From: an uncultured Actinomycetes bacterium | GTDB lineage: Bacteria; Actinomycetota; Acidimicrobiia; IMCC26256; DASPTH01 | Length of the DNA: 64,000 bases | Direction: 5' to 3' | Assembly (NCBI GenBank): GCA_963720765.1 | Contig: CAVRGS010000013.1 | Coordinates: forward strand, 406,467 to 470,466 | Shown: positions 52,634 to 60,391 of the stretch, piece by piece | How the letters are laid out: each line of letters begins with the position of its first letter | Position numbering within the stretch: the stretch's first letter is position 1 | The notes under the pieces: model-generated | What the model was told of the DNA's origin: nothing | The model's database searches: none | What the model saw: only the letters and a program-made list of their open reading frames with translations | Translations under genes and position numbers: made by a program

Positions 52634-53647
52634 GTGGAGGTCTTCACGACCAGCGCCCTGGAAGATCCACGCGACGTGCGGGCGACCTATCCGCGGCTCG
52701 AGGAGATCGGGTACGACGGCGTGTTCTCGTTCGAGGCGAAGCACGACCCGTTCGTCGCGCTCGCGGTGGCGGCCGAGCACACCTCGCGCGTGCAGCTCGG
52801 CACGGCCATCGCCATCGCGTTCGCGCGCACGCCGATGAACCTGGCGTACCTCGCCAATGACCTGCAGCTCGTCACCGGCGGCCGCTTCCTGCTCGGGCTC
52901 GGCTCGCAGGTGCGCCCGCACATCGTGCACCGCTACGGCGCCGAGTGGTCGGAGCCGGCACGGCGCATGCACGAGCTCGTGCGCGCCGTTGGCGCGATCT
53001 TCACCGCGTGGGAGACCGGTGAGCGTCTCGCGTTCGAAGGCGAGTTCTACCGCCACACGTTGATGATCCCGGCGTTCGATCCCGGCGCCAACCCGTTTGG
53101 CCGCCCGCCGGTGTACGTGGGCGGATTCGGACCGCGCATGGTCTCGGCCGCCGGCGAGGTGGCTGACGGGCTCATCACGCACCCGTTCACGACGCGTGAG
53201 TCGCTCGAGACGATCACGCTGCCTGCGCTGGAGCGGGGGTTGACGGCATCGGGACGGACCCGGGCCGACGTCAGCGTCGTGTGCGCGACGTTGGTCGTCA
53301 CCTCGGACCGTGAGGAGGAGCTCGACCGCCTTCGAAGTGTCGCGCGTCAACAGCTCGCGTTCTACGGCTCGACGCCCGCGTACGCGTCGACCCTGGACTG
53401 CCATGGGTGGGGTGATCTCCATCCAGAGCTCAACCGCCTGTCGAAGGACGGCCGCTGGGAAGACATGGCCACGTTGATCGACGACGACGTGCTCGACGCG
53501 ATCGCGGTGGTCGGGGAGCCGTCGACGATCGCGCCCAAGCTGCGAGCGCGCCTCGACGGCATCGCCGACGTGGTCAGCCTCACGAACAACCGTGCCCCCG
53601 ATCCCGATCACTGGGCGGGCGTGGTCGCCGACCTCAAGCGGGGATGA
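52634..53647 (+). CDS. LLM-class F420-dependent oxidoreductase
   Basis: 337-aa ORF with luciferase-like monooxygenase fold features (..GYDGVFSFEAKHDPF...LLGLGSQVRPHIVHRYG...). Confidence 0.85.
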   Translation: MEVFTTSALEDPRDVRATYPRLEEIGYDGVFSFEAKHDPFVALAVAAEHTSRVQLGTAIAIAFARTPMNLAYLANDLQLVTGGRFLLGLGSQVRPHIVHRYGAEWSEPARRMHELVRAVGAIFTAWETGERLAFEGEFYRHTLMIPAFDPGANPFGRPPVYVGGFGPRMVSAAGEVADGLITHPFTTRESLETITLPALERGLTASGRTRADVSVVCATLVVTSDREEELDRLRSVARQQLAFYGSTPAYASTLDCHGWGDLHPELNRLSKDGRWEDMATLIDDDVLDAIAVVGEPSTIAPKLRARLDGIADVVSLTNNRAPDPDHWAGVVADLKRG

Positions 53648-54806
53648 GGTCCACCAGCAGTCGTTGCGGGCCGTGGGCCCACATGACCGGGACTTCGTCG
53701 TACGCGCCCGGATCGACGGGGCGCACCTCGGCGACGCGGTCGAGGAACACCGTGAGCGCGACGCGTCCTTCCAGGCGAGCGAGGCTCGCACCCGGGCACA
53801 CGTGCGGACCGCCACCGAACGCCACGTGACCGCGCGGATCGGGACGGTCGAGGCGGAACGCGTGCGGGTCGTCGAACATCGCTTCGTCGCGGTTGGCCGA
53901 CAGGATCCCGAACGCCACCTTCTCGCCCGGCGACAGGTGTTCGCCGTGCAGGTCGTGCTCCTGCATGCAGTTGCGCAGCAGGAACCGGATCGGCGGGTCG
54001 TGGCGCAGTGACTCTTCGACGGCGGTGGACACGAGCTCACGATCGGCTCGCAGGCGTGCGTAGAGCTCCGGATCCTGCGCAACCGTCCAGAGCAGGTTGC
54101 CGATGAGGTGACGGGTGGTCTCGTTGCCGGAGACGAACAGGAACACGAGTTGCGTCCGCGCTTCGACGTCGGTGAGGTGACGGCCGTCGACCTCGGCCTC
54201 CAGGAGGCGCGTGATGAAGTCGTCGCGCGGCACGTCGCGCCGCGCCGCGATCAATGCGTCGACGTAGTCGGAGAACTCGGGGTGCGCGCCCGGCAACCCC
54301 TCGCCGCGCTCGTTGCGATTGAGCGCCGGCCACGTGCCCTGCACCACCTCGTCGGACCACCTCGCCCAGAGCGGGAAGTCTTCGCGCGGCGCACCGAGCA
54401 GGTGCGCGATCACGTTGTTGGGCACCGGCATCACGTAGTCGGTGACGAGCTCGACCGGCTCGTCGCGTGCGAGCAGGTCGTCGAGCAAACCGTTGCACAA
54501 GTCGACGCAGAACGGCTCGATGTTCACGAGCCGGTGCACCGCGATCGCCGAGTTGATGATGCGGCGGACCTGTCCGTGGCGCGGCTCGGGGATCTCGTTG
54601 ATGAGCTGCTCCTCGTCGGGCACGACCACACCCGGCTGGCGGAAGCTGGCCTGGAACAGCTCGACGTCCTGCGTGGCCGCGAGCACGTCGGCATACCGCG
54701 CCAGGTACCACGGGCCGCTGGGCGTGCGGGCCACCGGGCACCCTGATCGGAGTGCCCCGAGGCCGGGGGAGTCACCCGGTGCGCTGAGCGGATCGAACGC
54801 CGTCAT
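53634..54806 (-). CDS. cytochrome P450
   Basis: ORF 53634..54854. The start is MTAFDPLSAP. Contains SGNETT (I-helix), EESLRHDPP and the heme loop FGGGPHVCPGASLAR. The 3' end overlaps the convergent LLM gene by 14 nt. Confidence 0.9.
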   Translation of the reverse strand: MTAFDPLSAPGDSPGLGALRSGCPVARTPSGPWYLARYADVLAATQDVELFQASFRQPGVVVPDEEQLINEIPEPRHGQVRRIINSAIAVHRLVNIEPFCVDLCNGLLDDLLARDEPVELVTDYVMPVPNNVIAHLLGAPREDFPLWARWSDEVVQGTWPALNRNERGEGLPGAHPEFSDYVDALIAARRDVPRDDFITRLLEAEVDGRHLTDVEARTQLVFLFVSGNETTRHLIGNLLWTVAQDPELYARLRADRELVSTAVEESLRHDPPIRFLLRNCMQEHDLHGEHLSPGEKVAFGILSANRDEAMFDDPHAFRLDRPDPRGHVAFGGGPHVCPGASLARLEGRVALTVFLDRVAEVRPVDPGAYDEVPVMWAHGPQRLLVDLIPA

Positions 54807-54841
54807 GCGTGCATCCTTCCACGATCGGGGAGACTGTTCCC

Positions 54842-55207
54842 ATGACGACGACACCGCTGCAGGGACTCCGCACCGTCATCCACCCGGTCGACGACCTCGC
54901 CGCCGCGAAGCAGTGGTGGACCGAGCTGCTCGGCTTCGGCCCGTACTTCGACGAGCCGTTCTACGTGGGCTTCGAGGTCGGCGGCTACGAGCTCGGACTG
55001 CTGCCCGACGCCAACCCGGCCGACGGCGCCCTGACGTACTGGGGTGTCGACGACGTCGAGGCCGCAGTGGCGAACGCAGTCGCGCTGGGCGCCACGGTGC
55101 ACGCCGCGGCTGCCGAGGTGGGCGACGGCATCGTCACCGCGACCGTGACGTCACCGCAGGGCTTCATCGTCGGATTCATCTTCAACCCGCACTTCGGCGG
55201 GACCTGA
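54842..55207 (+). CDS. VOC/glyoxalase family protein
   Basis: ORF 54809..55207. The start is MTTTPLQGLRTVIHPVDDLAAAKQWWTELLGFGP.... Confidence 0.8.
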   Translation: MTTTPLQGLRTVIHPVDDLAAAKQWWTELLGFGPYFDEPFYVGFEVGGYELGLLPDANPADGALTYWGVDDVEAAVANAVALGATVHAAAAEVGDGIVTATVTSPQGFIVGFIFNPHFGGT

Positions 55208-55212
55208 ACCGA

Positions 55213-55609
55213 TCAGCTGCGCGGCGCGGGCGCGACCAGTTCGACGCTGATGCCGTCGGGGTCGACGAGCTGCAGGGTCGGCTTGCCCAACTCCAGCTCC
55301 ACGCCCGGGTGTTCGATGCCGATCTCGGTGAGGTGATCGGCCCACAAGCGCAGGGTGTCGCCGTCGGGAACCGCGAACGCGACGTGATCGAGCGGGCGAC
55401 GTCGGCCGCGCCGCTCGGAGGAGCCCTCGACCCGACTCGAGATCACGATCACCATGTGTGACGGCCGGTGTCGCAGCGCGACGTACGAACCGTCGTCGGC
55501 CGCGGTCATGGTCTCGACGCCGAGCACGGTGGTGTACCAGTCGCGGCTGGCGGCGACGTCGCGCGACGCGCAACTGGAGGTGCGAGAACCCGAGGAGGGG
55601 CGTGTCCAT
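55213..55609 (-). pseudogene. VOC/glyoxalase family protein with a frame break near 55556-55572
   Basis: The first 15 aa (MDTPLLGFSHLQLRV) are in the frame of ORF 55151..55774. The remainder (SRDVAASRDWYTTVLGVE...LDHVAFAVPD...LVDPDGISVELV) is in ORF 55213..55716. Confidence 0.65.
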
Positions 55610-55657
55610 GTGGTCAGTATCCCACGCTGGGTCGAGGACCGATACTGTCCGTCGCTC

Positions 55658-56041
55658 ATGAGCAGCGCACAGATCTCCGGGTTCGGCATCAACGTCAGCG
55701 ACCTCGACCGCTCCACCGAGTTCTACACACGAGGGCTCGGGCTGGTCGAGAAGGGCAAGTACGACCTCGGGCACATGCTCGAGGTGCTGGTCGGGTCGGA
55801 GGGCGACGCGGTGTCGATCCTCTTGATCAAGTACACCGACCGTTCGGACGCCCCCGACCTCGGCACCGGCTACGAGAAGATCGTGCTCGCCGCCGACGAC
55901 GTCGCCGGCGTCTACGAGCGCGCGCTGGGCGAGGGTGGCACGTCACAACTCGAACCGCGCACGATCGAGGCGATGAACCTCACCGTGGCGATGGTTCGTG
56001 ATCCCGACGGCTACCTCATCGAGATCGTCAAGCAGGGCTAA
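55658..56041 (+). CDS. VOC/glyoxalase family protein
   Basis: Last 127 aa of ORF 55454..56041: MSSAQISGFGINVSDLDRSTEFYTRGLGL...VRDPDGYLIEIVKQG. Confidence 0.85.
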   Translation: MSSAQISGFGINVSDLDRSTEFYTRGLGLVEKGKYDLGHMLEVLVGSEGDAVSILLIKYTDRSDAPDLGTGYEKIVLAADDVAGVYERALGEGGTSQLEPRTIEAMNLTVAMVRDPDGYLIEIVKQG

Positions 56042-56826
56042 CCGGTGACGCGCCCGCTGTAGGCGCGCATGAATTCCTGCACCTCGGGCGACTTGCCGGC
56101 GATCTCCTGGTTGCGGTTCTCGAGTGCGATGCACGCGGCCATGTTCGGCGTGTCGAGGTTGGCCCACATGACCTCCTTGGTCAAGCGCAACCCGATGCCG
56201 GTGTAGGCGGCGATGCCCTCGGCCATGCCGAGCGCGGTGTCGAGGAAGCCGTCGTCGTCGAACACCTGCGACACGATGCCGAGGTGCTCGGCGGTGTCGG
56301 CGTCGACGGTGCGACCGGTGACGATGAGGTCGAACGCGCGCGAGGCACCGATGAGACGAGGCAGCAGGTAGGTGACGCCGATGTCGGTGCCGGTGAGGCC
56401 GGTCTTGATGAACGCGGAGCAGAACGTCGCCGACTGCGCGGCGACGCGCAGGTCGCACGCGAGCGCCAACGAGAGTCCACCGCCGAACGCGGGTCCGTTC
56501 ACCGCAGCCAGCACGATCTGGGGTGTCGCCCGGATGTGCTGCGTGAGGTTGGCCATGAACGACTGGCCCGTGGTGCCCGCGGGATAGTGCGGATGCTCAC
56601 CGGCCGACGGCGGCGTGCCGAAGTCGCGCAGGTCGAGTCCGGCGCAGAACCCACGTCCCGATCCGGTGAGGATCGCGACCTTGCAGGTCTCGTCGGCCGC
56701 GACCTCGTCGAGCGCGTCGTGGAGATCCGCGACGAGCTCGAACGAGATCGCGTTGAGTCGGTCGGGTCGATCGAGCCGGATCACCCGGATCGCATCACCC
56801 GCCGATTCGACGGCAACGGTCGACAT
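56038..56826 (-). CDS. enoyl-CoA hydratase/isomerase (crotonase fold)
   Basis: 262-aa ORF: IRLDRPDRLNAIS...ILTGSGRGFCAGLDL...GPAFGGGLSLALACD. Confidence 0.9.
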   Translation of the reverse strand: MSTVAVESAGDAIRVIRLDRPDRLNAISFELVADLHDALDEVAADETCKVAILTGSGRGFCAGLDLRDFGTPPSAGEHPHYPAGTTGQSFMANLTQHIRATPQIVLAAVNGPAFGGGLSLALACDLRVAAQSATFCSAFIKTGLTGTDIGVTYLLPRLIGASRAFDLIVTGRTVDADTAEHLGIVSQVFDDDGFLDTALGMAEGIAAYTGIGLRLTKEVMWANLDTPNMAACIALENRNQEIAGKSPEVQEFMRAYSGRVTG

Positions 56827-56833
56827 GTTGGGA

Positions 56834-57646
56834 CTAGGAGATGGCGGCGAAGTCGACCTGACCGGTCGTCATCGCGGCGGTGAAGCCGGCGTCGACCAGC
56901 ATGTTCACGCCGTTGACGTACGCGGCGGCGTCGCTGCCGAGGAACGCGAGCACGAGACCCACTTCGCGCGGTGAGACCGGACGGCCGTTGCTCTGCTCGA
57001 CGGTCCAGTCGATCAGCTTGTCGGTCATCGTCTCGCGGAAGTCCTTGAGCAGCGGCGTGTCGATCGGCGCCGGGCACACGCTGTTGGTGCGCACACCGCG
57101 CTGCTGCGTCGGACGCGACGACCGCATCGTGTACACCTGCACCAGCTCCTTCGAGAACGCGTAGGGCTGCGTGCCGAGCTCGTGCGAGTCGAGCCAGGCG
57201 AGGGTCGACTCCCAGTTGCCGCCCAGGTCGAGCACCTCGTTGATCATGTCGAGCCGGGTCGGCCACTGGCCGCCCGCGATCGACGCGGTGTTCACGATCG
57301 CGCCGCCCTCGGGGATCTTCGGGAGGAGGCCCTCCGACAGCGACCGCAGCGCGAGGTAGTTCACCGAGATCACGGTGGCCGGCGGCAGGGTGTCGGCGAC
57401 GCCCGCGTTGTTGAACAGCACGTCGACCGGACCGTCGATGGCGGCGACCGCGGCGGTGACCGCGACGAGGTCGGACAGGTCGCACTGCATGTACGTGTTG
57501 TGCGGGCCGGTCGGCTCCTTGAGGTCGAGGACGGTCACGTGCGCTGCGCCCTGCTCGGTGAGCACTTCGAGGAGGCCGGCGCCCACGCCGGTGGCGCCAC
57601 CGGTGACGACGACGCGCTTGTTCTCGTAGCTGAAGGGATTGCTCAT
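56834..57646 (-). CDS. short-chain dehydrogenase/reductase (SDR)
   Basis: 3' 270 aa of ORF 56834..57844: MSNPFSYENKRVVVTGGATGVGAG...YAFSKELV. Confidence 0.9.
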   Translation of the reverse strand: MSNPFSYENKRVVVTGGATGVGAGLLEVLTEQGAAHVTVLDLKEPTGPHNTYMQCDLSDLVAVTAAVAAIDGPVDVLFNNAGVADTLPPATVISVNYLALRSLSEGLLPKIPEGGAIVNTASIAGGQWPTRLDMINEVLDLGGNWESTLAWLDSHELGTQPYAFSKELVQVYTMRSSRPTQQRGVRTNSVCPAPIDTPLLKDFRETMTDKLIDWTVEQSNGRPVSPREVGLVLAFLGSDAAAYVNGVNMLVDAGFTAAMTTGQVDFAAIS

Positions 57647-57689
57647 GCGTGGTTCCTGTCGTTGGGTGAGGGGGACGGGTCGATCGGGG

Positions 57690-58820
57690 TCAGATCTTCG
57701 CGCCGGCTTCGCGTCGGTATCGGCTCGTGCTGTGCTCAGGGTCCTTGTCGATCTGGGGGATGACGTGCTCGCCGATGATCCGGATGGTCTCCAGCGCTTC
57801 CTCCTGGGTGGCCATCCCCTGGCCGAACACGAGCTGGTCGGCACCGGCGTCGGCCCACTCCTGGCACGCCCGGAGGGCGTCGTCCGGGTCGCCCACCACC
57901 ATGCCCTGTTGACCGATCGACGCCCGCACCTCGTCGACCGTCGGGTCGGGGATGAGCTCGGGCCACTTCGGGACCCAGTCGGGGTGCGGGAAGGTGTCGT
58001 GGTAACGGAACACGTTGCTCTGGAGGTACGACAACCTCGCGTTGACCATCGACTCGACCGCGTCGTCGCGGTTCTCGGCGACGAACGCGGCGGCGGTGAC
58101 CATCACGTTGTCGTTCACGAACGCACCGATGGGCTCGGCCTTCGCCACGTCGGCCTTGTACGCCGCCAGCACCGGCTTCATCTCCTCGATGCTGCCCACC
58201 GAGAATCCGAGCACGCCGAGGCCGTACTTCGCCGCCATCGCGTAGCTGCTGGTGTTGCCGGCGGCGTACCACATCGGTGGGTGCGGCTTCACGTAGGGCT
58301 TGGGCAGGATCTTGCGCGGCGGCAGCGACCAGTACTTGCCGTCGTAGCCCTGGTACTCGTCCTGCATCCACATCTTCGGGAACTCGCGGATCACGTCTTC
58401 CCAGATGTCGCGCGTGCCGGTGAGGTCCTCCATGTCGGGGAGGAAGCCGAGGATCTCGTGGCTGCCCGCGCCGCGACCGGTGCCGAACTCGACGCGTCCC
58501 CCCGACAGGTGGTCGAGCATCGCGACCTTCTCCGCCACCTTGGCCGGGTGGTTCACCTGGGGGAGCGGGTTGAAGATGCCCGAGCCGAGGTGGATCCGCT
58601 CGGTGCTGTGCGCGAGGTACCCGAGGAACACCTCGTTGGCCGAGAGGTGCGAGTACTCGTCGAGGAAGTGGTGCTCGGTGGCCCAGACGTACTTGAAGCC
58701 GGCTTCGTCGGCCGCCTTCACCAGCTCGAGCTCGTTCATGAGCGCGTGGTGCTCTGCCTCGGGGTCGGCTGCCTGACGGAAGCCCGGTGTGTACCCCTGG
58801 ACGAAGATCCCGAATTCCAT
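57690..58820 (-). CDS. LLM-class flavin/F420-dependent oxidoreductase (luciferase-like monooxygenase)
   Basis: 376-aa ORF: MEFGIFVQGY...GFKYVWATEHHFLDEYSHLS...LSGGRVEFGTGRG. Confidence 0.9.
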   Translation of the reverse strand: MEFGIFVQGYTPGFRQAADPEAEHHALMNELELVKAADEAGFKYVWATEHHFLDEYSHLSANEVFLGYLAHSTERIHLGSGIFNPLPQVNHPAKVAEKVAMLDHLSGGRVEFGTGRGAGSHEILGFLPDMEDLTGTRDIWEDVIREFPKMWMQDEYQGYDGKYWSLPPRKILPKPYVKPHPPMWYAAGNTSSYAMAAKYGLGVLGFSVGSIEEMKPVLAAYKADVAKAEPIGAFVNDNVMVTAAAFVAENRDDAVESMVNARLSYLQSNVFRYHDTFPHPDWVPKWPELIPDPTVDEVRASIGQQGMVVGDPDDALRACQEWADAGADQLVFGQGMATQEEALETIRIIGEHVIPQIDKDPEHSTSRYRREAGAKI

Positions 58821-58846
58821 CGTGTCCCCCCGGATGTGCGCTTGGA

Positions 58847-58865
58847 ATCTGACACAGTGTCAGAT
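58847..58865. promoter_or_regulatory. 19-bp perfect palindrome ATCTGACAC-a-GTGTCAGAT about 27 nt upstream of the LLM gene start
   Basis: Read from the sequence, in the 114-bp gap between the Rieske gene stop (58935) and the LLM gene start (58820), both on the minus strand. Confidence 0.5.
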
Positions 58866-58934
58866 CCCGTGGCAGGGAGCGAATTTCCTCGGTCGTCGGG
58901 TGGGGGGCACGGATGCGCCTCCGGCCCGAGCCGA

Positions 58935-59735
58935 TCACACGCAGAGCGGCCCCGCCGGTGTCTGATGGGTGGTGTCGGTGCCGATGGGGGGGCCGAGCAC
59001 GAGGTTCCCGGTGTCGACGACGACTTGGCCTCCCGACACGTCGAAGACGAACCGGTCGAGCCCTCGCGGCGCCGGCCCGCCCGTCTTCTCGCCCACGCCG
59101 TTGTACTTCGATCCGTGACAGGGGCACTCGAACCACTGCGACGTCGAGCAGAACGGGACACGACACCCCAGGTGCACGCACCGCTGGTACAGGGCGACGT
59201 ACCCGGCCTCCATCCCGGCGATGATCGGAGGCGTGTACGCGGCGATCCTCCGCGCTTTCGGGAGGTCGGCCTTCGGATACGCGACGACGTACGTCTTGGC
59301 GGTGGCGTTGTAGAACGGTTGCTTCATGGCGAGCGCCGCCTCGACATCCGACGTGGAGCCGACGGCGATCTTCCCGCCGAAGCCGCCGCTCGCCACGGGC
59401 CACAGGAACGCGAGTGACGATGCCCCGAAGGCGGCCACGCCCAGTCCGAGGCCGGTGAGCATCGAGCGGTTGAAGAACTGACGCCGAGTGACTCCGATCC
59501 GCTCGTCGATCGGGGCCATGGGTGTCGCCGGGGCCCCGGCGTGCACCGGGCTCACGCTCGACGTGGTCGTGGGCTCCGCGCTCGCGGTGGCGATCGTGGT
59601 CGGCGCGGGCGGCGGGCGGTCGGATCGGCGGGCCCTGCGATCGAGGCGCCCGACGCTGGGACGCGGCCGGCGACCCGCCACGAGGGCGACGAGCGCGAGC
59701 ACCACGACGACCGCGATGCCGATGACGATGAACAT
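58935..59735 (-). CDS. Rieske [2Fe-2S] protein, QcrA-like topology (N-terminal TM, then RRxFF Tat-like segment)
   Basis: 266-aa ORF with CVHLGCRV...CPCHGSKY Rieske boxes, MFIVIGIAVVVVLALVALVAG, and TRRQFFNRSMLTGLGLGVAAF. Confidence 0.9.
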   Translation of the reverse strand: MFIVIGIAVVVVLALVALVAGRRPRPSVGRLDRRARRSDRPPPAPTTIATASAEPTTTSSVSPVHAGAPATPMAPIDERIGVTRRQFFNRSMLTGLGLGVAAFGASSLAFLWPVASGGFGGKIAVGSTSDVEAALAMKQPFYNATAKTYVVAYPKADLPKARRIAAYTPPIIAGMEAGYVALYQRCVHLGCRVPFCSTSQWFECPCHGSKYNGVGEKTGGPAPRGLDRFVFDVSGGQVVVDTGNLVLGPPIGTDTTHQTPAGPLCV

Positions 59736-59806
59736 GATCGCTCCTCCTTCCCGTGCTTCCCGCGACCCTCCCCCGTGCAGTCAGTTCGACATCGGCTGCC
59801 TCGGCG

Positions 59807-59845
59807 AAGTCGATGTCCAAAGTCGATGTCCAAAGTCGATGTCAT
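59807..59845. repeat. 13-bp direct repeat AAGTCGATGTCCA x3 followed by an AT-rich block with further short repeats
   Basis: Read from the sequence. Units are at 59807-59819, 59820-59832 and 59833-59845 (the last ends ..cat). An inverted CGATGTCG-like copy lies at ~59785. TGTCATA x2 and CATAGAC x2 lie at 59840-59870. Confidence 0.7.
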
Positions 59846-59908
59846 AGACAACTATTGTCATAAGCATAGACCGCCGCGAGGGACGTGACGGAGTGTCGAG
59901 AGGAGCGC

Positions 59909-60391
59909 ATGGTGGGTTTGGTGACATACGGGGACTTCAGCGAGGCTCCGAGCCGCGTTGCCGCGCAGTACGTGGATCGGCTGGTCGAAGCGGGTGTCGA
60001 GGTCGAGTGGCGGGCTGTGACCCGGTTGCCGCTCGGCACCGTGCGCCCTTCGTGCGCGGCGCTCGCCGCACTGCGCGCCCCGCGGGCACACGTGCTGCGG
60101 CGTGCGCTCTTCGTCGCGAGGTGGGAGTCGATGCTCGACATCGACGATCCGAAGGTGCTCGAGACGATCCTCGGAGAGGCGCCTGAGTTCGACGAGGCGC
60201 GGGCGCGGTTCTGGCAGCGCGCGTGGCGCGGGATCGACGAGCCGGATCTTCCGCTGGTGCGGCTGACGACCGGGTACGTGTTCCGCGGGACGGCTGGCAT
60301 CGCCCAGCTGGGCGCGCTCGCGCAACGCGGTCGCGGCGAGCGCGGGCGGCGTCGAACCGGTGCGCGCCGCCGGGTCGCGGCTACTCCTTGA
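59909..60391 (+). CDS. DsbA-like thioredoxin-fold protein lacking the active-site cysteine (tentative)
   Basis: ORF 59885..60391. An ATG at 59909 follows gagaggag. The sequence MVGLVTYGDFSEAPSRVAAQYVDRLVEAGVEVEWRAV resembles actinobacterial DsbA-family N-termini (YGDFxCPxS), but with E in place of C. The Arg-rich C-terminal 25 aa look non-native. Confidence 0.45.
   Translation: MVGLVTYGDFSEAPSRVAAQYVDRLVEAGVEVEWRAVTRLPLGTVRPSCAALAALRAPRAHVLRRALFVARWESMLDIDDPKVLETILGEAPEFDEARARFWQRAWRGIDEPDLPLVRLTTGYVFRGTAGIAQLGALAQRGRGERGRRRTGARRRVAATP

Noticed and set aside
6600-55600. Programmed ribosomal frameshifting as the explanation for the frame breaks
   Set aside because: I saw no slippery heptamer (X XXY YYZ) or downstream pseudoknot context at the junctions I could localise. 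The affected genes are unrelated enzyme families not known to use recoding, so indels are the simpler explanation.
57639-59820. Long ORFs 57639..59417 (+) and 57736..59820 (-), and also 50637..52571 (-) and 28426..30018 (-, 5' part)
   Set aside because: They are antisense or out-of-frame shadows of the LLM, Rieske, GH15 and epoxide hydrolase genes. The real genes are identified by clear family motifs in the other frame or strand.
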